Positions 29,093-35,840 of a stretch of 64,000 bases of DNA are shown piece after piece; the stretch's first letter is position 1; each line of letters starts with the position of its first letter. The position numbers and the translations under genes are program-made. Where the stretch lies: NCBI GenBank assembly GCA_040880545.1, contig JBBDIE010000099.1, positions 15,944 to 79,943 of the forward strand, given 5' to 3'. The DNA is from Bacteroidales bacterium. GTDB lineage: Bacteria > Bacteroidota > Bacteroidia > Bacteroidales > GCA-2748055. The notes beneath the pieces were generated by a model, which was given only the letters and a program-made list of their open reading frames with translations, was not told the origin of the DNA and did no database searches.

Positions 29093-29160
29093 TCCAGATA
29101 TTGTCATTAAGAAAAAACATAATCTTTAACATATTGATTGTTAAGTACTTTTAAATACAT

Positions 29161-29180
29161 CTTGTAGCTCCAACAGGACT
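29161..29180. repeat. Direct repeat of tRNA-Arg 3' end (att-like junction between unit 1 and unit 2)
   Basis: cttgtagctccaacaggact is identical (20/20) to 33803-33822, which covers the 3' acceptor/T-arm of the tRNA plus 4 nt. Confidence 0.85.
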
Positions 29181-29230
29181 AATTTTACCATTATTTCCCA
29201 TATTTCCTGTCGTAATACATAATCTATATC

Positions 29231-29568
29231 TGATTATCATAGAGTTAGTTACTCTAAATTCACTATGATTTCAGATCCATTTCAAATGTTTACCCATGTT
29301 TACCAAAAATGGAAATTCTTAAAAAAGATTCTCGATGATACCAGTTGAAATCATATTTGTTGGACTAGCAATCCAGGAAGGTTAGTCACCTGTTTAAAAA
29401 ATTCATCCAGGAAATTGTGAGATTCGTTTTTTTATTCTAAATTTATATAGCCAACGTGAATTAACTCGTAATCTATTATGTCTAAAACCCTTATCAATCT
29501 TAATAAGTAGAAACCTAACCTGAACCGTTGGGGACATGTACAAGGAGCATTTTTCCAGGGGGAGTATT
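29231..29568 (+). repeat. Conserved ~340-bp non-coding leader, copy 2
   Basis: See copy 1. Bases 29278-29480 are identical to 23971-24173. It starts 50 nt after the att-like repeat. Confidence 0.9.
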
Positions 29569-29616
29569 ATAAAGTGATTCAATCATACTGAATCTGCTAT
29601 TATGCAAGTTACCAAC

Positions 29617-29663
29617 ATCTTAACACCTTCGATTAATCTTTGATATTTCGGAGGTGTTAAGAT
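29617..29663 (+). other. Strong stem-loop between leader copy 2 and the first gene
   Basis: atcttaacacct (29617-29628) pairs with aggtgttaagat (29652-29663), a 12-bp stem with a ~23-nt loop and no U-run. It lies about 70 nt upstream of ATG 29733. Unit 1 has only a weak 7-bp stem at the same position (ctcaccc / gggtgag, ~24293-24328). Confidence 0.4.
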
Positions 29664-29732
29664 TAACTAAATTAATAAAGCTTGTCTTGGACTTCAAAAT
29701 AAATTATGATGAAATAAATAAATTGCTTGAAA

Positions 29733-30269
29733 ATGATAAAACACTTATTACTAATATTATCTGTTTTTATTTCACAGAATATAATTGCACAAATTGGGCA
29801 GAATAAGTACAATTATGAAATAGGCATCGGTATATCTGATTTTGGGGAGTTTCTTAATTATAAGACAACCAAAGGGGTTATTAATCTCAATACAAATTTC
29901 TGGCTTTCAAAACATGTTGATGTAGGAGTACAAGCAGGTATTGGAAGACAATTTGATCAATATGGAACAGTCACCAATAACTCAATTGGAATGTATTTAT
30001 TCAAGTATTCAACAATTAGTAGATTTCACTTTTTACAGCTTCCAATTAAATCTCAAGATTCAAAAATAGATTTCTATTTAAAGGGGATATTGGGAGGACA
30101 AACTGTAAAAAGGGTCGAAGAATTTACTTCCCCTAATGTTAACACGGAGGTTGATTATGGAATATATTTCGGAATAAGATATAACCCGATTTGGCTACTA
30201 GGTATTTATGGTGAAATCGGGGCAGGCAGGTTCTCTTATTCGCAATTTGGTCTATCCCTGAAATTTTGA
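29733..30269 (+). CDS. Small outer-membrane beta-barrel protein (OmpW/OmpA-barrel-like)
   Basis: The track ORF starts at TTG 29727. ATG 29733 gives MIKHLLLILSVFISQNIIAQ as the signal. There are about 8 amphipathic strands, and the C-terminus is ..QFGLSLKF. Confidence 0.6.
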   Translation: MIKHLLLILSVFISQNIIAQIGQNKYNYEIGIGISDFGEFLNYKTTKGVINLNTNFWLSKHVDVGVQAGIGRQFDQYGTVTNNSIGMYLFKYSTISRFHFLQLPIKSQDSKIDFYLKGILGGQTVKRVEEFTSPNVNTEVDYGIYFGIRYNPIWLLGIYGEIGAGRFSYSQFGLSLKF

Positions 30270-30271
30270 AC

Positions 30272-31222
30272 ATGAAAGTTCCTATTATCATTAGATCAGG
30301 TATTATCATTTTCTGTATCTCATCAGTTATATTGTGCTCGACGTACTCATGCACAAAACTAATTAGTGATGAATTTCCAGAATTTGAGGAGATCCCGACC
30401 GTGAATGCGCTTATAGAAGCAGGGGAAATAATCAAAGTTCACGTATCACTGTCTGGGAAGATTGATACAACCGAAATTAAAGCTATTGATAATGCAACAG
30501 TGATACTCAAATCAAATCAAGTTGTTATTGACACCTTAGATAAAGTTAATAAGGGACTATATACTTCAAATTATGTTGCAAAGGAGGGAGTGAGATATGA
30601 TATAGAAGTGCTTTTGGAAGGTTTCGATATTATACATGGGTCAGATATGGTGCCAAAATTAGTTAGTGCAGAAATATTTGAGCATACAAATCAATTCAGG
30701 TACGATGAAGAAGGCAATTTTACAGAGGGAATTGGGATTAAGTTTTACGATAACCCCAATTCTATAGATTACTATGAAATTTCTCTTATTAGAAAGAAAC
30801 ACGGTTCTGCATATTATGTATATCCATATAATAATAACGCACCAATTATTTTAAATGAAGGGTTTGAACCCTATACTACTCCTTCACTTGTATTCAGCGA
30901 TCAATTAATCCAGGATTCGGTAATAAGGTTATTTCTTGATTTTTATCAAGGTTTAACAATCAGAAATCATGGTGACTCATTAGTTCAAATCTTTGATGCA
31001 CATACTATGGTATTGGAATTTCGCCACATAAGTGAAAATTATTATAACTATAAGAAACATTTCTATCTCTACTCAAAGGATCGTTACCCAGGATTTATTG
31101 AAGGAACTGCATCATACTATCAAAACTATTCAAATGTAGAAAATGGTTTGGGAATAATTGGTGCATTTTCTGTAACCAGGGATTCTATTTGGATACCAGA
31201 AGAACACCTGCCAGCTAAATAA
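30272..31222 (+). CDS. DUF4249-like lipoprotein (TBDR-associated)
   Basis: The track ORF starts at TTG 30266. ATG 30272 gives MKVPIIIRSGIIIFCISSVILCSTYSC-TK. Motifs are colinear with 25884-26801, and the C-terminus has SNVENGLGIIGAFS. Confidence 0.55.
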   Translation: MKVPIIIRSGIIIFCISSVILCSTYSCTKLISDEFPEFEEIPTVNALIEAGEIIKVHVSLSGKIDTTEIKAIDNATVILKSNQVVIDTLDKVNKGLYTSNYVAKEGVRYDIEVLLEGFDIIHGSDMVPKLVSAEIFEHTNQFRYDEEGNFTEGIGIKFYDNPNSIDYYEISLIRKKHGSAYYVYPYNNNAPIILNEGFEPYTTPSLVFSDQLIQDSVIRLFLDFYQGLTIRNHGDSLVQIFDAHTMVLEFRHISENYYNYKKHFYLYSKDRYPGFIEGTASYYQNYSNVENGLGIIGAFSVTRDSIWIPEEHLPAK

Positions 31223-31224
31223 AC

Positions 31225-33561
31225 ATGACTACGAATTTCTATATAACATTGATCTTCTTGCTAATTATGAATAGCAATCATGCAGTAGTACTCTCACAGA
31301 AAAATGTTTCAGGGATTATTCGTGACGCTATTTCAAAAGAAGTCCTCATTGGTGCAAACATTTATGATCCCGTCCGAAAAAATGGAATCACTTCCGATAA
31401 CAATGGTTATTTCAATATAATTGTGGACAAAGATTGTAAGTCTATCCGCACAACCTTCATTGGATATAAGACTCAAGATGTTGAATTAAGTAATCTGAAT
31501 GATACAATTTTTTCGATCTTTTTAATACCAGGATCAGAGATAGAAGAGGTCGAAATTACCGCCTACAGAAAACATCAATTTAATCAATCCAGACTTTCAA
31601 ACGAACAATTAAAATATATTCCTGCAATCGCAGCTGAATCCGATGTCTTGAAAAGTTTACAATTGCTACCTGGAGTGCAATCACTAAATGAAGGATCAAG
31701 TAACCTGAGCATCAGGGGCGGTGGTCCAGGTGAAAACTTATATCTGATTGATAATGTACCTCTGTATTATGTAAATCATTTAGGAGGTTTTATTTCCGTT
31801 TTCAATCCTGATGTAATTAATGATGTGAGAATTTTAAAAGGGGGATTCCCAGCTAAATATGGTGGAAGATTATCATCAGTTGTTGATATTACCATGAGGG
31901 AAGGTGATGCTTCAGGATTCAAAGGATCTGCTGGGATTGGAGTGGTTGGAGCACACCTGAATGCAGAAGGACCACTGGCAAATAATACTTCATATTTATT
32001 TGCTGTCCGTAAAACTTTTACTGAGCTACTTCTTGGCTCAGTCTCCTATTTGTCGGAAGGGAATGATAACATTGTTACTTATGGATTCTATGATTTGAAT
32101 GGCAAAATCAGTTGGAGACCTGATTCAAAGAAGAGTGTTCATGCAAGTTTATATATAGGTGATGACCTTTGGGGATTTACCGTGTTTGATGATGGAGACA
32201 TTATTAGATTCAGAAACAGATGGGGGAATATAATGGGATCTGTTGCATGGAAGCAGATACTTAATGCCAAGCTTCAATTTAATAATACACTATCTCTATC
32301 TCGCTATAGAGTTAAGGATTTGCGGGCATTTTATCTTGATCCATATTTAGGGGAATATGATAAATATAATAGTAATTCTCTATCATCAGTAAAAGACATT
32401 ACCTTGAAATCTGATTGGAAATACAGGGTGTTTAAATCATGGGCAATTGATTTTGGTGTTCAATCATCATATTTGGTTTTCCTGCCAAACCTATTCTGGG
32501 ATAACAACGATAATCCCAGGGATAATCAGCAAAATGTTAATGGATTAGAATCAGCAATGTATCTTGAAAATCAGATTTCACTCGGCAGATATTTTGATAT
32601 GAATATTGGAGTCAGAGGTGTTCAATATGTAACAGATAACTTTTCTGCATATTCATTGGAACCTCGTATAGATATTTCATTTTCTCCCATAACCAGTCAG
32701 GCAATCAATTTCACATACATGAAGACCAACCAGTTTTCACAAATGGTATTCTCATCAGGAAGCTTTCTAACAAATGAAGTTTGGATACCATCGGGTGTAA
32801 ATATTGAACCTGCAAATGTTGAACAGTATTCCGTCGGTTGGAAAGGATCCTTCTTTAAGAATATGATGAGTGCAGAAATCGGATTATATCAAAAACAAAT
32901 GAGCAATTTGGTTGCGTTTAAAGAAGGTTATTCAAATTTAAGAGGAGATGTTCAATGGAAAAAGAAAATTGAAACTGATGGTATTGGTAATTCGAAAGGA
33001 ATGGAGTTCTTTTTAAGCAAAAACAAAGGAGCCTGGACAGGTTTCCTTTCATACACGTTTTCCAGTACTACCAGGCAATTTGACAATATTAATAATGGAG
33101 AACCCTATGTATTTGAATATGACAGGCCTCACAGCTTTGCAATTGATATTCACAAAAAGATAAATAATAAATGGACAGCGAATGTTCTATGGGTGTACCA
33201 GACTGGACTGCCTTATACTCCTGCAATCGGAAGGTATTATGCTCCATATAATTCGGTTGATGGGATAATTTACGAAAATGAAGTGTTGATTTATGGCGAA
33301 CGTAACAGCGAAAGAATGCGCTCTTATCACAGGTTGGATATTGGATTAAAGTACTTTACGAAAACGAAGAAGGGAAGAGATGCGACCTGGACATTTTCAG
33401 TGTATAATGCTTACAATAGGCAGAATCCATATTACTACTATTACAATACTGAACCTGGATTGAATTTTGGAACAATAGAAAACCGTAGCGGATTTCAGAA
33501 ATTATACCAACTTAGTTACTTCCCGATATTGCCCACAGTAAGCTATACGGTAGAATTTTAG
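31225..33561 (+). CDS. TonB-dependent receptor with N-terminal carboxypeptidase-regulatory-like domain (no SusD partner)
   Basis: 778 aa, a paralog of 26798-29092. The two share blocks such as NEGSSNLSIRGGGPGENLYLIDNVPLYYVNHLGGFISVFNP and GGRLSSV. The barrel ends in PTVSYTVEF. Confidence 0.88.
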   Translation: MTTNFYITLIFLLIMNSNHAVVLSQKNVSGIIRDAISKEVLIGANIYDPVRKNGITSDNNGYFNIIVDKDCKSIRTTFIGYKTQDVELSNLNDTIFSIFLIPGSEIEEVEITAYRKHQFNQSRLSNEQLKYIPAIAAESDVLKSLQLLPGVQSLNEGSSNLSIRGGGPGENLYLIDNVPLYYVNHLGGFISVFNPDVINDVRILKGGFPAKYGGRLSSVVDITMREGDASGFKGSAGIGVVGAHLNAEGPLANNTSYLFAVRKTFTELLLGSVSYLSEGNDNIVTYGFYDLNGKISWRPDSKKSVHASLYIGDDLWGFTVFDDGDIIRFRNRWGNIMGSVAWKQILNAKLQFNNTLSLSRYRVKDLRAFYLDPYLGEYDKYNSNSLSSVKDITLKSDWKYRVFKSWAIDFGVQSSYLVFLPNLFWDNNDNPRDNQQNVNGLESAMYLENQISLGRYFDMNIGVRGVQYVTDNFSAYSLEPRIDISFSPITSQAINFTYMKTNQFSQMVFSSGSFLTNEVWIPSGVNIEPANVEQYSVGWKGSFFKNMMSAEIGLYQKQMSNLVAFKEGYSNLRGDVQWKKKIETDGIGNSKGMEFFLSKNKGAWTGFLSYTFSSTTRQFDNINNGEPYVFEYDRPHSFAIDIHKKINNKWTANVLWVYQTGLPYTPAIGRYYAPYNSVDGIIYENEVLIYGERNSERMRSYHRLDIGLKYFTKTKKGRDATWTFSVYNAYNRQNPYYYYYNTEPGLNFGTIENRSGFQKLYQLSYFPILPTVSYTVEF

Positions 33562-33587
33562 CACGGAAATTTTCTTAAAGGAAAATG

Positions 33588-33618
33588 AAAATCCTAACCA
33601 AATGTTGGTTAGGATTTT
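33588..33618 (+). terminator. Hairpin terminator after the unit 2 TBDR
   Basis: aaaatcctaacca (33588-33600) and tggttaggatttt (33606-33618) form a 13-bp perfect stem with a 5-nt loop and a 3' T4. It starts 27 nt after the stop codon. Confidence 0.6.
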
Positions 33619-33631
33619 AGAAATATAACTG

Positions 33632-33648
33632 GTAGCTCCAACAGGACT
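33632..33648. repeat. Direct repeat of tRNA-Arg 3' end (att-like junction between unit 2 and the 154-bp unit)
   Basis: gtagctccaacaggact is identical (17/17) to 33806-33822. Confidence 0.8.
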
Positions 33649-33806
33649 GCCTTTGGCGGACCTGACAATTCCGCGGGTCAAGTCAAATGTCTCCATTTTG
33701 CAAAGGCAAAATAAGGGGATCATTTTTTGTTCGGCAAAGAAATACAAGCATTATTTCCCGAACAAAAAAATGCCCCTGGCCATAAGGCCTGGAGACATCT
33801 GACTTG

Positions 33807-33878
33807 TAGCTCCAACAGGACTCGAACCTGTATCTACGGTTTAGGAAACCGCTATTCTATCCCTTGAACTATGGAGCC
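33807..33878 (-). tRNA. tRNA-Arg (anticodon CCT)
   Basis: The reverse complement reads GGCTCCA-TA-GTTC-AAGGGATA-GAAT-A-GCGGT-TTCCTAA-ACCGT-AGAT-ACAGG-TTCGAGT-CCTGT-TGGAGCT-A. This folds by hand into a 72-nt cloverleaf with a 7-bp acceptor stem (G1-T72 wobble) and a TTCGAGT T-loop. The anticodon loop has CCT at positions 34-36. No CCA is encoded. Confidence 0.85.
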
Positions 33879-33942
33879 TTGTAACCAATAATTCGTTTCC
33901 GGGCTGCAATTGATCCCGGTTTTCCCGGTAGCCGAAAACCGA

Positions 33943-33966
33943 ATTCGGGGTGCAATTCGGGGTGCA
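33943..33966. repeat. Tandem 12-mer (ATTCGGGGTGCA x2) upstream of the tRNA
   Basis: Two perfect adjacent copies lie at 33943-33954 and 33955-33966. They are immediately followed by caaatata (33965-33972), which reads TATATTTG on the tRNA strand and matches the Bacteroidetes -7 consensus TAnnTTTG. Confidence 0.6.
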
Positions 33967-34104
33967 AATATATAGCAAAATTGCTTTTCCGGCAATCTTT
34001 AACCCCATAAAGTTCAACTGGTCATCTCTGCAATATCAGAACCTTTGCCTTGCGGTTCAGAAAAATTATTATCTTGTATTTGAATTAAAATATCAATCTT
34101 GGGT

Positions 34105-34132
34105 GTAGAGACATGGCATGCCATGTCTCTAC
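34105..34132. promoter_or_regulatory. Perfect 28-bp palindrome upstream of an OMP gene
   Basis: GTAGAGACATGGCA|TGCCATGTCTCTAC is a perfect palindrome, extended imperfectly by tgggt / atccca. Its end is 29 nt upstream of ATG 34161. It could be an operator, a 5'-UTR hairpin or a REP-like hairpin. Confidence 0.5.
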
Positions 34133-34160
34133 ATCCCAATTAATTTTAAACACAATTGCC

Positions 34161-34736
34161 ATGAAAAAACTAATGATCGTTCTATTTTCCGTGTTCACCC
34201 TTTCTGCCAATGCCCAGGATATATCCTTCCAACTGGTAACAGGCCTGGGTGGAGCGTTTTCGTTTGGAGAGCTTCGTGCTTACGGAATCTCTGCGGCCGT
34301 GGAACCCAAGATATTTATCGGTAACAATATTGCTGCCGGTCTTCGATTCGAAGGCGATGTCCTGTTCGGCGGAAGCATTGATCCTAATAATACAGCGGAT
34401 ATTTCGGTGGGGATGTCCTCCCGTGCTGCTCAAACTATTAAGGGAGAGTATTACTTTACCGATATTAAGGTAAGGCCCTATGCAGGCTTGGGTGTTGGAC
34501 GGTTTACCCAGGCCAATATCGGTGCCTCGGGTTCGGGGGATGCCACGCTATCTGCCAGCAGCGGATTCGGTGTTGCGCCCGAAGCTGGGATTGCCCTGGG
34601 AAATTTCAGGCTTTCAGCCATCTATAATATCGTTCCGGGTAAAAACCTTGTGGAGATCACCGTAGGTGATGCCTACGAAGTCTCTAAAAACTACCTGGTA
34701 ATTCAGATGAGCTGGAAAGTATTTGGTATTCGATAG
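34161..34736 (+). CDS. Outer-membrane beta-barrel protein (small porin/OmpW-like)
   Basis: The start MKKLMIVLFSVFTLSANAQ (ATG 34161) gives a clean signal peptide, whereas the track start 34113 lies inside the palindrome. The sequence has Gly/Ala-rich alternating strands. Confidence 0.6.
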   Translation: MKKLMIVLFSVFTLSANAQDISFQLVTGLGGAFSFGELRAYGISAAVEPKIFIGNNIAAGLRFEGDVLFGGSIDPNNTADISVGMSSRAAQTIKGEYYFTDIKVRPYAGLGVGRFTQANIGASGSGDATLSASSGFGVAPEAGIALGNFRLSAIYNIVPGKNLVEITVGDAYEVSKNYLVIQMSWKVFGIR

Positions 34737-34844
34737 GAACTCTGATTCATAAGCTTTTCAATGTTCATTGGTCACATTTATGATCAATGCGCTCATTCAT
34801 TCATCTGTTTATAGTATATTCGCATCTTTTAATCTGTAAATATT

Positions 34845-35276
34845 ATGAAAAGATGTTTCCTTATACTTATTGCTGTGGTTGGTATGAATGTGATGGCTCA
34901 GACGACAGGATTTGATGGTGAATGGCTGGGGTACGTGTATGATGAAAACGATGAGATCGCTTCCTACCTGGTCATTGAAATTGAAGGTGAAGAAATAAAG
35001 CAATACTCCTATGACTCCAGGATGAAAGAATACAGTGTAATGGAGTTCGATATCCAAAGATTTGTCCGCCACAGAAACAATGCCGTATATACCTGGATGA
35101 ACCAGGGCGGACAGTGGACCGAGACGCAAACCTACCACTTATCGCTCGTGCATGATGACAAAATTGAAATATTATTCACCAGGCAGGTGAATAATGTCAA
35201 AGATGGCGATAATGAGGTCTGGGAGGTCAGGCGGAGCGGATATATTGAGCGTATTGAGGAAAGTCCCTATTACTGA
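34845..35276 (+). CDS. Hypothetical secreted protein
   Basis: 143 aa with signal MKRCFLILIAVVGMNVMAQ. I recognise no family. Confidence 0.5.
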   Translation: MKRCFLILIAVVGMNVMAQTTGFDGEWLGYVYDENDEIASYLVIEIEGEEIKQYSYDSRMKEYSVMEFDIQRFVRHRNNAVYTWMNQGGQWTETQTYHLSLVHDDKIEILFTRQVNNVKDGDNEVWEVRRSGYIERIEESPYY

Positions 35277-35325
35277 TACCCTGATCTGTGCAATCTGAAT
35301 AAACCCGTTTCAGGATATAAAACGG

Positions 35326-35718
35326 TCAATCCTCCCCTCTTCGCCTCTTCTTTTCGCTCTTCACCTTTTTTTCCTTCAACCTGCGTTCCACCGAACTCCT
35401 GGTTGGTTTTGTGGCGATCCTCTTTTTGGGGGGTTTCAACATCCTCTCTATCAGTTCAAGGAAACGCCTGGCAACAATCTCCCGGTTTTTGATCTGTGAC
35501 CGGGTCTTTTGACTATAAATGATCAACACCCCATCTGGTGTCAGTTTCTTCCCCAACCGTTTACGCAGCAGTTCTTTCTGTTCGTCGGTAAGTTCCCTGC
35601 TCTCCTCCAGGCTCCAATGTAACTCCACTTTCGATTCGGTTTTGTTCACATGCTGTCCCCCCGGTCCTGATGACCGGGAAGTATGAATAACAATTTCATT
35701 GAGCAACTTCCTGTTCAT
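35326..35718 (-). CDS. arfB: Alternative ribosome-rescue factor ArfB (peptidyl-tRNA hydrolase, RF-1 domain)
   Basis: The likely start is MNRKLL (35718). It has the GGQ motif SSGPGGQHVNKTESKV. The length (~130 aa) and the basic C-terminal tail (KPTRSSVERRLKEKKVKSEKKRRR) match E. coli ArfB/YaeJ. Confidence 0.85.
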   Translation of the reverse strand: MNRKLLNEIVIHTSRSSGPGGQHVNKTESKVELHWSLEESRELTDEQKELLRKRLGKKLTPDGVLIIYSQKTRSQIKNREIVARRFLELIERMLKPPKKRIATKPTRSSVERRLKEKKVKSEKKRRRGED

Positions 35719-35840
35719 AAGGCAAAGGTAGGTAAATGAAAGGAGTAGCCCTGACAAACCGAACCATTTGAATTACTTTATCTAAATAGTTCATATTTTT
35801 TTTAGCTTTATATCCACCAACGAATCCATAAAACTATCTT

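Larger units (their letters stand above)
23853..33822. mobile_element. Putative tandem array of integrase-less integrative cassettes at tRNA-Arg(CCT)
   Basis: There are four direct copies of the tRNA 3' end, at 23853-23873 (degenerate), 29161-29180, 33632-33648 and 33803-33822 (inside the tRNA). They delimit two units with the same architecture and one 154-bp empty unit. The region is visibly AT-rich relative to the flanks. No recombinase ORF is present. Confidence 0.55.

Noticed and set aside
33502-33747. 81-aa minus-strand ORF spanning the TBDR 3' end, the terminator hairpin and an att-like repeat
   Set aside because: It crosses a coding/non-coding boundary and a strong hairpin, and its translation is featureless.
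23600-34100. Search for an integrase, transposase, relaxase or toxin-antitoxin within the AT-rich insert
   Set aside because: None of the ORFs of 60 aa or more in the track, on either strand, shows recombinase motifs (no R..HxxR..Y pattern, no DDE). All sizeable ORFs are envelope proteins. The absence is reported as part of the main finding, not as a feature.
34113-34160. N-terminal extension of the OMP ORF (MACHVSTSQLILNTIA...)
   Set aside because: The extension starts inside the 28-bp palindrome and precedes a canonical MKK...ANAQ signal peptide, so ATG 34161 is preferred.
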